Assembly: GCA_041739995.1 (NCBI GenBank)
Contig: JBGSMV010000029.1
Span: forward strand, 32,001-96,000
Direction of reading: 5' to 3'
Length of the DNA: 64,000 bases
Source: Bdellovibrionota bacterium
Lineage (GTDB): Bacteria > Bdellovibrionota_C > UBA2361 > JBGSMV01
Translations under genes and position numbers: made by a program
Shown here: piece by piece, positions 1 to 10,665 of the stretch
Numbering within the stretch: position 1 is the stretch's first letter
Layout: each line of letters starts with the position of its first letter
Notes under the pieces: model-generated
What the model was told of the DNA's origin: nothing
Databases searched by the model: none
What the model saw: the letters and a program-made list of their open reading frames with translations, nothing else

Positions 1-278
1 CAAACTAAAGATAGAGTGCATTGATGACGCGCTTCGAGACCAGCAGCTGTTTCGTTTGCCTTTGTACATCATCGCGCGTAAGCAGGAGCGCTATTGGAAG
101 ATTCGGGAGAAATTATTTTTGTAGGGTACTCAATTGGTCGCGGGGGTTTCTATTGCGGACCATTCCGCGAGCCGGTTTGGCGCCAAGGTTGCGCTCTCGT
201 TAAGCTGAAGTGGGCGAGAAGTAGATTCCCATAAAAACATTTTTAGATTGGTGTAACCTCAAGCCCTATATTTTTCTG

Positions 279-315
279 AAAAAGGGACGCGGCAACGGTT
301 AAGTCACCGCGTCCC
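279..315 (-). terminator. Rho-independent terminator of the SPFH operon
   Basis: Inverted repeat gggacgcgg (284-292)/ccgcgtccc (307-315) with an A-run at 279-283 (U-tail on the minus strand), just downstream of ORF 350..793. Confidence 0.65.
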
Positions 316-349
316 AGTACTTCGACCGACAAGGCTCCAACAGACAACG

Positions 350-793
350 TTAGTTGCCCTTGGGAGGAGCATTCTTCTCGATGAACTTCTCCTTGGCAGC
401 CTTGTTCTCCGCAGCGGCTGTGGCTTTGAGCCGAGCCGTACGGTCTTCGAGGCCTTCCTGGGTGTCAGGCGAAACCTCTGAAGTGGCGTCGTTCGTTGCA
501 CGACCCTTTTGGATCCAGCGTTGGTCGACATCACGAGTCGGCGAATCCGCAGCGATGCGGTGCGCAAACTCGAGTTGTGCGAGCCAAACTGCACCAAAGG
601 TCACGAACACAAGCACGAGGGTCCGCATCAAGGGAAATCCCTTCGTTGCAGAACCCGCATCCTCCTTTCTCGATTTCAAGTAGGGAAGGATTCGGATTTG
701 GAAAAGCCGAATCCAGATAAACAGAAGCACCAGGGCACCGCCGAACTTGGCGAGCCCCAGCAGAATCGTCACGATGTTTCCATCGCTCATCAT
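350..793 (-). CDS. Hypothetical membrane protein (2 TM segments plus charged C-terminus)
   Basis: ORF 350..811, probable start MMSDGN at 793 immediately after the SPFH stop; two hydrophobic stretches. Confidence 0.7.
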   Translation of the reverse strand: MMSDGNIVTILLGLAKFGGALVLLFIWIRLFQIRILPYLKSRKEDAGSATKGFPLMRTLVLVFVTFGAVWLAQLEFAHRIAADSPTRDVDQRWIQKGRATNDATSEVSPDTQEGLEDRTARLKATAAAENKAAKEKFIEKNAPPKGN

Positions 794-794
794 C

Positions 795-1763
795 TTACTT
801 ACTCCCTTCATCAGAGCCTTCCGGAGAGACCGGAGTTGGCATTGCCGGGTCGGTCGAAGCGAACGCGTTCTGGGTGACGCCCATCATCATCGCCGGATTC
901 TGCAGCGCACTGTCCGGAATGATGAAAACCTTGTTTGGCGAAGCCGCCATGGTTTCCATCACCCGCAACATGCGCTGTGTCACGAATGCCGGAGTAATGC
1001 CCTTCGCCAACACCACGTTGACCTGCGCTTGAGTCTCGGCCTCAACCAGGTCGATCTCCTGCTGCCGCTTGGCGACTTGCAGTCGCGTATCGGCCTCGGT
1101 CATGTCCACTGCGCGCTGTGCCTCAGCGCGAGTGATCGCGATCTCTCGCTCTTTTGCCGCCTCTTGGGCCTGAACGATCACCTTCGGAGGCTGAACGTCA
1201 GCGAGGCCGGCATTGAGAACCACGAGAGGAGTGTCCGCCAGCGCCTTGCGCAAAGCGTTCTCGATCTCCTGTGAGACCTTTTCGCGATTCTCCAGGATCT
1301 GCATGATGGTGTACTTTGCCACCACTGCCCGGGAGACCTCACGAACTTGGTTTCGACCATAGGTGTCGAACACCTCGTCGAAGTCGATTACCATCACACT
1401 CGCGTCGTTGGACTGGCTGGGCTTCAGGCGGGCGAAGATACCGTCCACCCGCTCGCCTTCAGCGGGAATCGCCATGATGAGCCGCAGATCGAAATCCATG
1501 TTCAGCTTGTCGGCTGGCATGAAAATCTGCATGTGCTCTTCCTTGGCCTGGTCAGAGACCTCAGCCAAGATCAGCTTGTAGTTGGACTGCCACCACCAAC
1601 GGTACGGCAGTCGGAAGGTCGACGGAGGATGAACCCCCGTCTCGAGGCCGTCAGGCGAGAGCACCTTGCCGACATGCCCGGTGGGCACTTCAACGCGGGT
1701 ACCGCAGGCCGTGAGACCACACGCCAGACACACGAACGCCAGAAGCAGAGTGAGCTTCCTCAT
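795..1763 (-). CDS. SPFH/band 7 (prohibitin-like) domain lipoprotein
   Basis: Lipobox-like LTAC, V.TGHVG motif, coiled-coil AQEAAKERE...AEA region; RBS aaagggga before ATG at 1763. Confidence 0.85.
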   Translation of the reverse strand: MRKLTLLLAFVCLACGLTACGTRVEVPTGHVGKVLSPDGLETGVHPPSTFRLPYRWWWQSNYKLILAEVSDQAKEEHMQIFMPADKLNMDFDLRLIMAIPAEGERVDGIFARLKPSQSNDASVMVIDFDEVFDTYGRNQVREVSRAVVAKYTIMQILENREKVSQEIENALRKALADTPLVVLNAGLADVQPPKVIVQAQEAAKEREIAITRAEAQRAVDMTEADTRLQVAKRQQEIDLVEAETQAQVNVVLAKGITPAFVTQRMLRVMETMAASPNKVFIIPDSALQNPAMMMGVTQNAFASTDPAMPTPVSPEGSDEGSK

Positions 1764-2610
1764 TGCTATTTCCCCTTTCATGAGAAAAATGCAGAGACAA
1801 GAAAACGGGAGCACCTCACATTGAGGTGCAAACCATTAGGGAATCTACCCCTCACAAATTGGGAATGAACAAAAACTCGAAGTTCGAGTATCCAGTCAGT
1901 TATTGACGAAGTGCTAAAAGTGTTAGGTGGATTCGGTGTCGGTGAATCCCTCATTTGCGAGGTGGTCGGAGGAGGGGATCGCCGCATCTGACGAATTGTG
2001 GTCGGTCTCAGTTGATTTGGAGGCAAGTCGAGAACAAGGCGAACTCGACTGGCGGCAGCCTAAGAACTTCGGCGCTGCGCTCGCGCCACGAGCAATTGTT
2101 GAGTGAACTTCAAACTGCTGCTGCCGTGCGCATGCGGTCGACTGTGTCGGCGACCGTTCGCTGCTTACTAGGAAGGATCGCGCATCATGGGATATGCAAT
2201 CTTGTTTCTCGTCGTGACCCTGGCTCTGATCATCGCCAATGGTTAGGGCACCCCATTCTTGGTGGGCGAGCACGCCAGACGCCATGGATGGAGCCGCCAG
2301 GCCTTGATCAAGACGTATGTCTTGATCAATATCGTCGGAGTCGTCGCTTCGCTCGCATCCGTGCCGAGGGGCAAGACGTTGCTCATGTCCAGGGTTCTCT
2401 CCGGGCATCTCCACGGCGGCCAACTCTTATAGGGGGAAGGCTGATTGACGGGAAGAGCAAACTTCAGATTGATCTGGTGTTCAGGAAGTCATAATCGAGA
2501 GGAGATAGCGAGAAGTTGTGCGAATGATAGAGCGCCGCTTAAGTAAGGGCACACTGTCTTGCAACAAGCTTCGACCTATACCGATGACAGGACATTTACT
2601 TCAATGGGCA

Positions 2611-2967
2611 TCAGTAGCCCCCGGCTGCCTTTACTTTGAACCCTCTACCTTCAAGTTCCTTCAACAGCAGATCTTTATGATCGCCTTGAATTTCAATTGT
2701 GTATTCTTTGCTCGTTCCCCCGGTTCCGCAGCGAGCCTTTAGAGATTTTGCAAGCGCCTTTAATTCATCCGGGGGCAGGAGAAATCCACTGAGCACTGTG
2801 ACTATCTTGCCGTTTCTGCCTTTCGACTCGCGCTGCACTCTGATTGTGCCGTCACCAGATGGTGCAGGCATCGCGTTCTTACACACGCAGGACTTCTTTG
2901 GCTTCCCACATTCAGGGCACATCCGACCTTGGTCGGTCGAGTAAACGAGTTTTTCCGAGTCGGTCAT
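2611..2967 (-). CDS. yciH: Translation initiation factor SUI1/YciH
   Basis: LVYSTD..CP.C, KGR.GK.VT, LK.RCGTGGT, IEIQGDH motifs. Confidence 0.92.
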   Translation of the reverse strand: MTDSEKLVYSTDQGRMCPECGKPKKSCVCKNAMPAPSGDGTIRVQRESKGRNGKIVTVLSGFLLPPDELKALAKSLKARCGTGGTSKEYTIEIQGDHKDLLLKELEGRGFKVKAAGGY

Positions 2968-3033
2968 GAAGAACTCGTTGCAGGCAGTGTTTATTCTATC
3001 TTGGCCGCGTCGCCCATCAGAGAGCGAGCGTTC

Positions 3034-3666
3034 TTAGGCATTGCCTTTGAGATATTTCTCAAGTCCATCGATGTCGAGCTTTTCCGCAAGTGCGCGCAAA
3101 GTTGATGCATCTTTGTTGTTCTGATCTTCGAGCTTCAGCACAGAGCCAGCATCAAGAAATATGGTCAGGTCTGCGCTGGAAGATCCTTCCATCTTATTCA
3201 GCATTGCGGTTCTGCCATTGATGCGAAGCGTGTCCTGTCCCGCCTGCTGACCAAACATAGCGGCCATCTTACCGAGGGCTGCTAGATTTCCGAGACCAGC
3301 TCCGCCAGATCCTGATTGTCCTGTCAGTGACACGGTGACTGAGCTTCCCGCATTGGAATAGGTACGCTCGATGTTAGTAAAGCCCATGGCGCCACTCATT
3401 TCTATCTTGCCGCCCTTGTAGTCGCCGAGTTGCTCGGGGAAGAAGGTCTGAAGCCTTTGGCTATTGAGCTTCTCTAGTTCCTTTCGTGCCCAGCCAAGTT
3501 CTTCGATGGCTTTCGAGTAGTTTTTCTCGGCGACGAATCCGTTCACCCTGCTAAAAATCGCGTCTAATTCCTCCGCCAGTGACGAAGTTGGCAAGGTCAG
3601 TGCCGCGGCAAGCACAGTAAATGCACAGGTAGAATAAAAATGACTGCGGAAGGAGTAAGTTGTCAT
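3034..3666 (-). CDS. Hypothetical secreted protein
   Basis: Long ORF with signal-peptide-like N-terminus (…SSLA-EE); start uncertain (3666 or 3681). Confidence 0.7.
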   Translation of the reverse strand: MTTYSFRSHFYSTCAFTVLAAALTLPTSSLAEELDAIFSRVNGFVAEKNYSKAIEELGWARKELEKLNSQRLQTFFPEQLGDYKGGKIEMSGAMGFTNIERTYSNAGSSVTVSLTGQSGSGGAGLGNLAALGKMAAMFGQQAGQDTLRINGRTAMLNKMEGSSSADLTIFLDAGSVLKLEDQNNKDASTLRALAEKLDIDGLEKYLKGNA

Positions 3667-4038
3667 GACGGGTATCTCCAAGAGGGATGTAGTTCTGGGG
3701 CGAAATCATAGCGGCTACAACGCTTAGTTCAAGTTTTTCCACGAGCCTCTGGTTAGAGGGTACTAAAAGAAGCAGTAAGCTCAGTGATATTAATAGATTA
3801 TGTGAATGTCCGCCGATCGCTACTTGCAAATATTAGCATATTGTTAGCGTCTGAAAGTGTGGCACAGTGAGGTGGTAAGGCGTTTGATTTTGAAGAGAGG
3901 AACCAAAGGCACGGTTATTTGGCTGCCCAACATAACCAGGGAATTGCTTCTAGAGAATGGATCTGGCGAAAAGCCCTTCGATGAGTGTTTAGCTGTCGGT
4001 GGCCCAGCTCCAAGATCTCAAGTTGTTTCGAGGATTTG

Positions 4039-4872
4039 ATGTCGCAAGAGCACGCCCAGATACGTCAGCCCAGGCGGGAAAAATTGACCGAGGCGCACGT
4101 AGCAGCGCTTCCGCCTAGTGAAACAGTGATTCAGCAATTCAGGGCTGAATTTGTCGATAGCTACCCAAACCCCGTTGCAGCCAACCAAAGCCTTCAAAGT
4201 GTTATTGGCAACCGTAAGGTAGCGGCCCTTGTCTTTCTTCAGACTCGCTTTAGAGACATGCCCCCCGGCTTGCTTGGAGATCTCAATCCTGAAGATCTTT
4301 TTCTTCCTGAGATGAAAGAGCGAGTGAAGCTGTTGGTAAGAGCCGAGAGAGCCGCACAAGTGGAAGGACCACTTGGCTCGGAAGGCTATCAACAGGGGTT
4401 TCGCAGCCTGAGCAGGGATGTTCAGTCAATCACTGTGGCCGATCCAGAGCAGGCAAAATTTCCGCCGCCAAGAGCAGGCACCGATGATATCCCTGAGTAT
4501 CAAAAACTTATACGCCTGATGGGTTTGGTCGGAGTTGAGCAACTTGCGACCACGGGGAGCTCTGATGTGCTTGCTCTGTATCTTGCTAACGCCAACGTGC
4601 TTGTGGAGCATGGGCAAGGGTTCGATGCGGGGAAACTTGGTCTTGAGGAGACGCTCGATCAAGCCTCGAAGATATTTGCATTTGCGCGCGCTTTTCTGGC
4701 GTACCAGAGCAACGCAGGGGCCTACCGTAAAACAGGCAATATCTTGCGTTCTGAACCTTCGATAATACAGGCCGCGGAAGGTCTCTGGTCTCATAGGGGA
4801 GTGGTTTCTGTTCCTGTATTTTTGGCGGAAGAGTTGTCGCTCGAAACTAGCCTCCCTGCAGGTATTCGATAA
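4039..4872 (+). CDS. Hypothetical protein
   Basis: ORF 3985..4872; gagga RBS before ATG 4039; no recognised motif. Confidence 0.6.
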   Translation: MSQEHAQIRQPRREKLTEAHVAALPPSETVIQQFRAEFVDSYPNPVAANQSLQSVIGNRKVAALVFLQTRFRDMPPGLLGDLNPEDLFLPEMKERVKLLVRAERAAQVEGPLGSEGYQQGFRSLSRDVQSITVADPEQAKFPPPRAGTDDIPEYQKLIRLMGLVGVEQLATTGSSDVLALYLANANVLVEHGQGFDAGKLGLEETLDQASKIFAFARAFLAYQSNAGAYRKTGNILRSEPSIIQAAEGLWSHRGVVSVPVFLAEELSLETSLPAGIR

Positions 4873-4969
4873 GCATGCGCCAGGTTTCTGCAGTCGTCCT
4901 GTCCAGTTCTGGAAGCGTTGCTGGAAGAGTTATTCAAAAGAATACATCGATACCACTGGTAACGAGCTT

Positions 4970-5899
4970 CTAGATTTTGAGCAAATCCTCAAGATTTTCC
5001 TGTGAATCGACATTCATTCTCGCCACTGATTTGTCGATGCGCTTCATGAGCCCAGAGAGAACGTTTCCGGCACCGAATTCGACCGTGGTGCGACTTTCAA
5101 AGTCGCCGAGTACTCGCTCCAGGCTCTCGACCCAACGAACTCTGCCGCACACTTGCAGACGCAACGCAGTTCGAATTTGGTCCGGTTCGCTCACCGGCTG
5201 TGCAGAGTAGTTTGCATAAACTGGAAAGGAAGAGGTCTTGAACGTCGAGGTATGCAGGTCACCTGCAAGGCGATCTTCTGCTGGCTTCATCAAGGCACAA
5301 TGAAAGGGAGCGCTAACCGGGAGCTCCACTACCTTACCGCCGAGCGCAGCAACTGCCGCATCAATTGCTCGACTATCTCCCGCTATGACTATTTGCCCAG
5401 GAGAATTCACATTCGCTACTTGAACTATCCCGTCAGTAATGGTGGCGAGAACAGTTTCAATCTCTGCAAGCTCGCGACCAAGCACCGCTGCCATTTTTCC
5501 TGCACCCACCGGCACTGCTTCTTGCATATAGGTGCCGCGTTTGTGCACGAGCAGTACGGCGTCTTCAAAACGAAGAGCGCCACTTGCGACGAGCGCGGAG
5601 TATTCCCCCAAACTGTGACCCGCAGCGGCGACCACGGAGTATTTGCCCGAATCAATTGCATGCTCTCTGAAAAGCTCAAAACAAATCGTGCTCACTGTGA
5701 GGATCGCTGGCTGGGCTATGGCGGTTTTGGTGAGTGTTTCGATGGGCCCTTCAAAGCAGTATGTCGAGAGAGGAAAGCCAAGGACTTCGTCTGCTAATGT
5801 GAAATAGCGCTTGGCGAGTTCTGAGTTATCGTGCAGAAGTTTGCCCATCCCCACAGTCTGAGAGCCCTGTCCAGGGAATAACGCAATGATTTTATTCAT
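4970..5899 (-). CDS. fabD: Malonyl-CoA:ACP transacylase
   Basis: FPGQGSQ, GHSLGEY, VSAPFH motifs. Confidence 0.97.
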   Translation of the reverse strand: MNKIIALFPGQGSQTVGMGKLLHDNSELAKRYFTLADEVLGFPLSTYCFEGPIETLTKTAIAQPAILTVSTICFELFREHAIDSGKYSVVAAAGHSLGEYSALVASGALRFEDAVLLVHKRGTYMQEAVPVGAGKMAAVLGRELAEIETVLATITDGIVQVANVNSPGQIVIAGDSRAIDAAVAALGGKVVELPVSAPFHCALMKPAEDRLAGDLHTSTFKTSSFPVYANYSAQPVSEPDQIRTALRLQVCGRVRWVESLERVLGDFESRTTVEFGAGNVLSGLMKRIDKSVARMNVDSQENLEDLLKI

Positions 5900-6029
5900 A
5901 TTTTTGCCTAATCGTGGAGGTCTTGGGACGCCAGATTCGTCTTAAGGCCCTACAGAGGTACGTCGATACTGTTATATGAAGCTGCCCCACAAATAAAGAA
6001 CTTCGACGCAGACAGTAAGAGAGAAAGGT

Positions 6030-7172
6030 GTGACCTCCGTCGGGACAACGCAAAATACGTCAGCCAAGCCGGGATCGGTGTTGATTGTCGATGACAATCC
6101 ACTGATCGCGATGGTGCTGCGCAGCTTGCTCCAGAATGATGGACTGCAAGTAAGTGTCGCCACGAACGGCGAGGAAGCTCTCGCTGCGCTAAAGGACGAG
6201 GTCGTGGACGTGATTGTCTGCGACGTGATGATGCCGCGCATGGATGGATATGAGTTCCACGAGCGAGTGAGAGAGAACCCAGACTACTCGCATATTCCTT
6301 TCATTTTCCTTACCGCGCTGAGCGACGATCGCGAAAAGAATCGCGGGCTCATGACGGGCGCAGACGTATATCTGACCAAGCCCTTTGATCCTTCTGCCAT
6401 GGTGCCATTAGTTATGGGAAAAGTGACGCGTGCGAGGGGCTTAAAGAAAGCCGCCGAGCATGGGTTCACGACTTACCGAAAGAAGGTAGTGAATACGCTC
6501 TCACATGAATTCCGTACTCCGCTTGTCGCAATCACGACCGGCTCAGAATTGTTGCTCGATCACGCCGATAATTTCGACTCGTCCAAAGTACAGCAGTTGG
6601 TGCAAGCCATTCAGCGCGGCGGCGCCAGGCTTGAACGACTGGTAAATGACTTCATGCTGCTTCAGCAGCTCGACTTGGGAGTTGGCGCAAAGATGTATCA
6701 GTCGCGCGGAGGGGTTGCCGAGCTTAAACCTGTTATTGAGCGAGTTCTTGAGGAACGCTTTCCGGAGCTGGCGAACCAGGGGTTTGCTTGTAAAGCGGAT
6801 CTCAATGTTGAGGGGCTCTCCTTTTTCTTCTACGTAGCTCAAGTGGAAGATTTGCTAAGACGCCTGGTAGAGAATGCCGCTAAGTTTTCACGTCAGACAA
6901 AAGAAGTCTCTGTGTCGGTACAGCGGCGCGGCGATGAAGTGGTCATCACGGTGCTTGACCGCGGAGTTGGTGTAGACCCGAACCGATCGGCGCTCTCGCT
7001 CGAGCTCTTTGGGCAGGTTGATCGCGAAAAGCTGGAGCAACAAGGTACGGGAATGGGGCTCGCGGTGGTGCAGCGCTATCTTGAAATTATGGGGGGTAGC
7101 TTCACCCTGTCAGCTCGAGAAGGCGGTGGTGCGGCTGCCCAAGTCGTTCTTCCGCTGCGCAAAGCTCCTTAG
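6030..7172 (+). CDS. Hybrid response regulator-histidine kinase (REC-HisKA-HATPase)
   Basis: VDD…CDVMMP…KPF receiver; SHEFRTPL H-box; ENAAKF, DRGVG, GTGMGL boxes. Confidence 0.92.
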   Translation: MTSVGTTQNTSAKPGSVLIVDDNPLIAMVLRSLLQNDGLQVSVATNGEEALAALKDEVVDVIVCDVMMPRMDGYEFHERVRENPDYSHIPFIFLTALSDDREKNRGLMTGADVYLTKPFDPSAMVPLVMGKVTRARGLKKAAEHGFTTYRKKVVNTLSHEFRTPLVAITTGSELLLDHADNFDSSKVQQLVQAIQRGGARLERLVNDFMLLQQLDLGVGAKMYQSRGGVAELKPVIERVLEERFPELANQGFACKADLNVEGLSFFFYVAQVEDLLRRLVENAAKFSRQTKEVSVSVQRRGDEVVITVLDRGVGVDPNRSALSLELFGQVDREKLEQQGTGMGLAVVQRYLEIMGGSFTLSAREGGGAAAQVVLPLRKAP

Positions 7173-7385
7173 CGCTCGAATTCAGCCGATTCCCTTCGTC
7201 GCTGAAACGAGTATTCCCCAAAAGTCGGTGGATCGGCCCTGATTCCGGTGGATTGTCGAGAAGCTCTCCTCAATTTAGGATGCCCAAGGACTAACACCTT
7301 TACGGCAGCCATGTTTTTTACCAAATTCTATCAACACCCGAGACCCGATTGGGGTGCATCTCGATTCTCCAGCTTTAGAGGCAAC

Positions 7386-8978
7386 ATGCGGATAGAGTGG
7401 GCGGCTGCTCTGATTCTTTTGGCGGGGGCCTACTTGTTTGCGCAAGACGCGCATGCGCTACCGCAGGAGCAGGAGAGTGCGCGACCGCCAGTGATCGCCT
7501 CCACCGAAAGTTTCATGGGTAGTGCGACCGAGGTATTTCCTAGAGTTTTCGAAAAGATCGAGGTGAGGACTCTCCCCAATGGCTTGAGCGTTGCGCTCTA
7601 CCCCCGTGGAAATGCTCCGGTGTTTGCTGGTGTGGTTGCCGTTCGAGTGGGGGGGAGTGATGAGCATGTGGGGGAGACCGGCATCTCACACATGTTTGAG
7701 CACATGGCCTTTAAAGGCACACCAGAAATAGGGACCAAGGACTATCAAAAGGAGCGTGTGCTGCTCGATGAACTCGAAGTGCTTGCTGCTCAAGCTGCCA
7801 GCGAGGGTGTAGAGGTCCACGATTTAGGCGAGGAGTCTCTCAAGCTCTGGAATGAAATTCACGAAGCGCTCAAGCGCCTTTGGATTACTGATCAGTTTAC
7901 GCGCGAGTTTGAGTCGCGCGGAGCCGAGGGGCTAAATGCCACCACTGACAGTGAGATGACCAAGTATTTTGTGAATCTGCCGCGCACTGAGCTTGAGTTC
8001 TGGCTCAAAATGGAGTCAGAGCGGATTTTGCGCCCCGTGATGCGCCAGTTCTACCAGGAGCGTGATGTCGTTATGGAAGAGCGGCGAATGCGCTACGAAG
8101 ATGATCCTGAGGGCAAGCTGTATGAACTGCTTCGCTCAACAGCGTTTCTTGCGCACCCTTATAAAAATCCCGTCATTGGATATGCGTTCGATATCCGTGG
8201 GTTGACTGCTCGGATGTTGGAAAGCTTCCATCGGCGATTCTATGTCCCTGGCAATATCGCCGTTGCTATTGTGGGGGACGTCCGACCTAGTGAGGACTGG
8301 CCGCTTATCGAAAAGTACTTTGGGCGCATACCTGCAAAGCCTCTCCCCGCCAGGCCCCACGCAGTCGAACCAGTGCAGCAGGGCGAGCGGCGCATTGTGC
8401 TGGAAGCCGACGCATCACCAAGTTTCTATGTCGCTTATCGAAAGGTGCAGTATCCCCATCCCGATGATGCTCCGATTTCGGTAATGCTCGAAATGCTTGC
8501 GGGGAGTATCACGTCTCCACTTCAAAGAACTCTAGTGCAGCGTTTGCGCCTTGCAGCTTCGGTAAGTCATGCCGAGGGGCCGGGTGTTGCGTATCCAAAC
8601 TTGATGATGTTTGCGGTGAGACCACGTGCGCCGCACACAAATGTTGAGGTGCTTGAAGCCTTTGATCGAGTGCTTCAAGATTTCAAGAATTCAGGGGTTA
8701 CTCAAAATCGTTTGGACATTGCCAAGCGCTCAATCGCTACGTCTTACCTGTCGGAACTTGCCTCAAACACCTCATTGGGAAAAAATTTCGCCACCTCGAT
8801 GCTTCAGTTCGGGTCCTGGAAAGCGCCCTTCGATTGGTATGAGAAAGCAATGGCGGTTACCTCTGCTGATGTGCAGAGGGTGGCCGATCAGTATTTGATT
8901 CACACCGCGCGGAGTATTGCCATGCTTGAGCGTCCAAAGGCCGGCACCCAAACTTCTATTAACGCGGAGCAGCAATGA
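7386..8978 (+). CDS. M16 family zinc peptidase, catalytic subunit
   Basis: HMFEH (HxxEH) motif, L.NG, NATT, ERDVVMEERR; signal peptide from ATG 7386. Confidence 0.92.
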   Translation: MRIEWAAALILLAGAYLFAQDAHALPQEQESARPPVIASTESFMGSATEVFPRVFEKIEVRTLPNGLSVALYPRGNAPVFAGVVAVRVGGSDEHVGETGISHMFEHMAFKGTPEIGTKDYQKERVLLDELEVLAAQAASEGVEVHDLGEESLKLWNEIHEALKRLWITDQFTREFESRGAEGLNATTDSEMTKYFVNLPRTELEFWLKMESERILRPVMRQFYQERDVVMEERRMRYEDDPEGKLYELLRSTAFLAHPYKNPVIGYAFDIRGLTARMLESFHRRFYVPGNIAVAIVGDVRPSEDWPLIEKYFGRIPAKPLPARPHAVEPVQQGERRIVLEADASPSFYVAYRKVQYPHPDDAPISVMLEMLAGSITSPLQRTLVQRLRLAASVSHAEGPGVAYPNLMMFAVRPRAPHTNVEVLEAFDRVLQDFKNSGVTQNRLDIAKRSIATSYLSELASNTSLGKNFATSMLQFGSWKAPFDWYEKAMAVTSADVQRVADQYLIHTARSIAMLERPKAGTQTSINAEQQ

Positions 8979-10552
8979 AGATGTGTGCCGGTATTTTGTG
9001 GAACTTGTCGTTTAGAGGACTTGGACGCGGAGGGCGGGCGCAATTAGTTCTCGCCGTGTTGGCCTGCGCTGTAGTGGTCGTCGTTTCAGGGTGCTCATCG
9101 GGGCACGGGTTGAGAGATGTCTCTTCGGATCTAGGAAGCGAGGGACACAGCGCGGAACTTTCCTTGCCTCGTATCGTCCCACCAGAGAGATGGGAGCTCG
9201 ATAATGGCCTCACGGTACTTTTTTCCAGAGACGATGAGATTCCAGTCGTGTCAGGGAATCTTTTTCTCAGGGGCGGAAACCTATGGGAGCCGATTGAGGA
9301 GTTTGGCGTCTCGATTGCCATGGGAGATCTGATGCGTCGGGGTGGAGCGGGTAGTCGCGAGCCCGAGGAACTTGATCAACGTCTGGATGAGCTATCAGCT
9401 TCCGTGTCTTCAAGCATGGGACAGGAGTTTGGGCGGGTGCAGTTTGGTTGCCTCTCTTCAGATCTTCCCGAAGTGTTTGGAATATTTGCTGATGTGGTGA
9501 GAAGGCCTCGTTTCGACGAAAAGCGACTGGATCTATGGAAGAGTCAAAGTCGTGAATCGATGAGGAGGCGGGTGGACGATCCCTCTACTGTCGCGGTGTC
9601 TTCCTTCAATCAGCTGATCTTCGGTAAAAGTCCCTATGGATGGGTACTTACCGAAGCAGACCTTGGTCGCTTTACCCCGGCTCGAGTGAGAAAGAGCTAT
9701 GAGCGCTTTATTCAGCCAGACGGAGCGTTGCTTGCTATCAGTGGGCGAGTTGAGCGAGAGGAAGTTGAGAAATTGGTCGCCAAGTATTTCGGCTCATGGG
9801 AAAAACGCGAATTAATCAGTGAGGCATCGAGTGCTCAGTCCAGTCTTCTGCCCAACCTTCTGGCTCCCCCACCTGCCATCACGACTGAGCCGAAGCCCGG
9901 AATCTTTTTTATAGAGCTGCCACTGCAGCAAGCGACCATTCTTGTGGGACACCGAGGAGTGCCGCGACTTACGCCCGATTACCTTGCGATAGAAGTGTTT
10001 AATAGCATTTTTGGTTCAGGCGGATTTGGATCGCGTTTAATGAAGCGAGTTAGGACCGAGGCAGGGCTGGCCTATTCGGTGTATGGGTCAGTAGTGCCTG
10101 CGGTTACCGCAGGGAAGAACATCATTTTTATACAAACCAAGACGGACAGTGCGGGAAAGGCTCTTTCTCGGGCGCTTGAAGAGTTGGCCACGATGCAGGA
10201 AGTCTTGGTACCTGAGGCAGAGCTGCAGGAGAGTAAAGATGCGTTGCTCAACTCGTTTGTATTTAACTTCGAATCCCCCGCAAAAGTCTTGATACGAAAT
10301 GCTTCCTTTCAACTTCTTGGGTATCCCGCTGATTACGATAAGACCTATATGCCAGGCATGCGAGAGGTGTCGGCTGAGCAGGTGCGCGAAGTGGCGCGCA
10401 AGCGATGGAATTTTGAAGACCTTTCAATCGTGGTGGTGGGAAATAAAGGAGCGTTGACGGCCGTTACGGAAGCGCTTGAGGTCAGGCCTGAGCTTCAATC
10501 CTTGCTGCCGATACGTCGCGCCCGGTTCGATCAGCGCTTGGTGTTGGAGTAA
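8975..10552 (+). CDS. M16 family peptidase, non-catalytic partner (probable lipoprotein)
   Basis: LDNGL, SRL..RVR...GLAY motifs, no HxxEH; ATGA overlap with upstream gene. Confidence 0.9.
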   Translation: MKMCAGILWNLSFRGLGRGGRAQLVLAVLACAVVVVVSGCSSGHGLRDVSSDLGSEGHSAELSLPRIVPPERWELDNGLTVLFSRDDEIPVVSGNLFLRGGNLWEPIEEFGVSIAMGDLMRRGGAGSREPEELDQRLDELSASVSSSMGQEFGRVQFGCLSSDLPEVFGIFADVVRRPRFDEKRLDLWKSQSRESMRRRVDDPSTVAVSSFNQLIFGKSPYGWVLTEADLGRFTPARVRKSYERFIQPDGALLAISGRVEREEVEKLVAKYFGSWEKRELISEASSAQSSLLPNLLAPPPAITTEPKPGIFFIELPLQQATILVGHRGVPRLTPDYLAIEVFNSIFGSGGFGSRLMKRVRTEAGLAYSVYGSVVPAVTAGKNIIFIQTKTDSAGKALSRALEELATMQEVLVPEAELQESKDALLNSFVFNFESPAKVLIRNASFQLLGYPADYDKTYMPGMREVSAEQVREVARKRWNFEDLSIVVVGNKGALTAVTEALEVRPELQSLLPIRRARFDQRLVLE

Positions 10553-10665
10553 GACCGTAGTACGCTCTCTTTCTCGGTCTTTGAAGGGGGATTTCCAGGC
10601 CTGTCCAGCGTTGAGAGATGTGGGAAGTCTGGTTGGTGAGTTATTCAGGGTCAGGAAGAAGCACT

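Noticed and set aside
1923..2494. Overlapping 166-aa (-) and 179-aa (+) ORFs
   Set aside because: No motif or RBS supports either strand; left uncalled.
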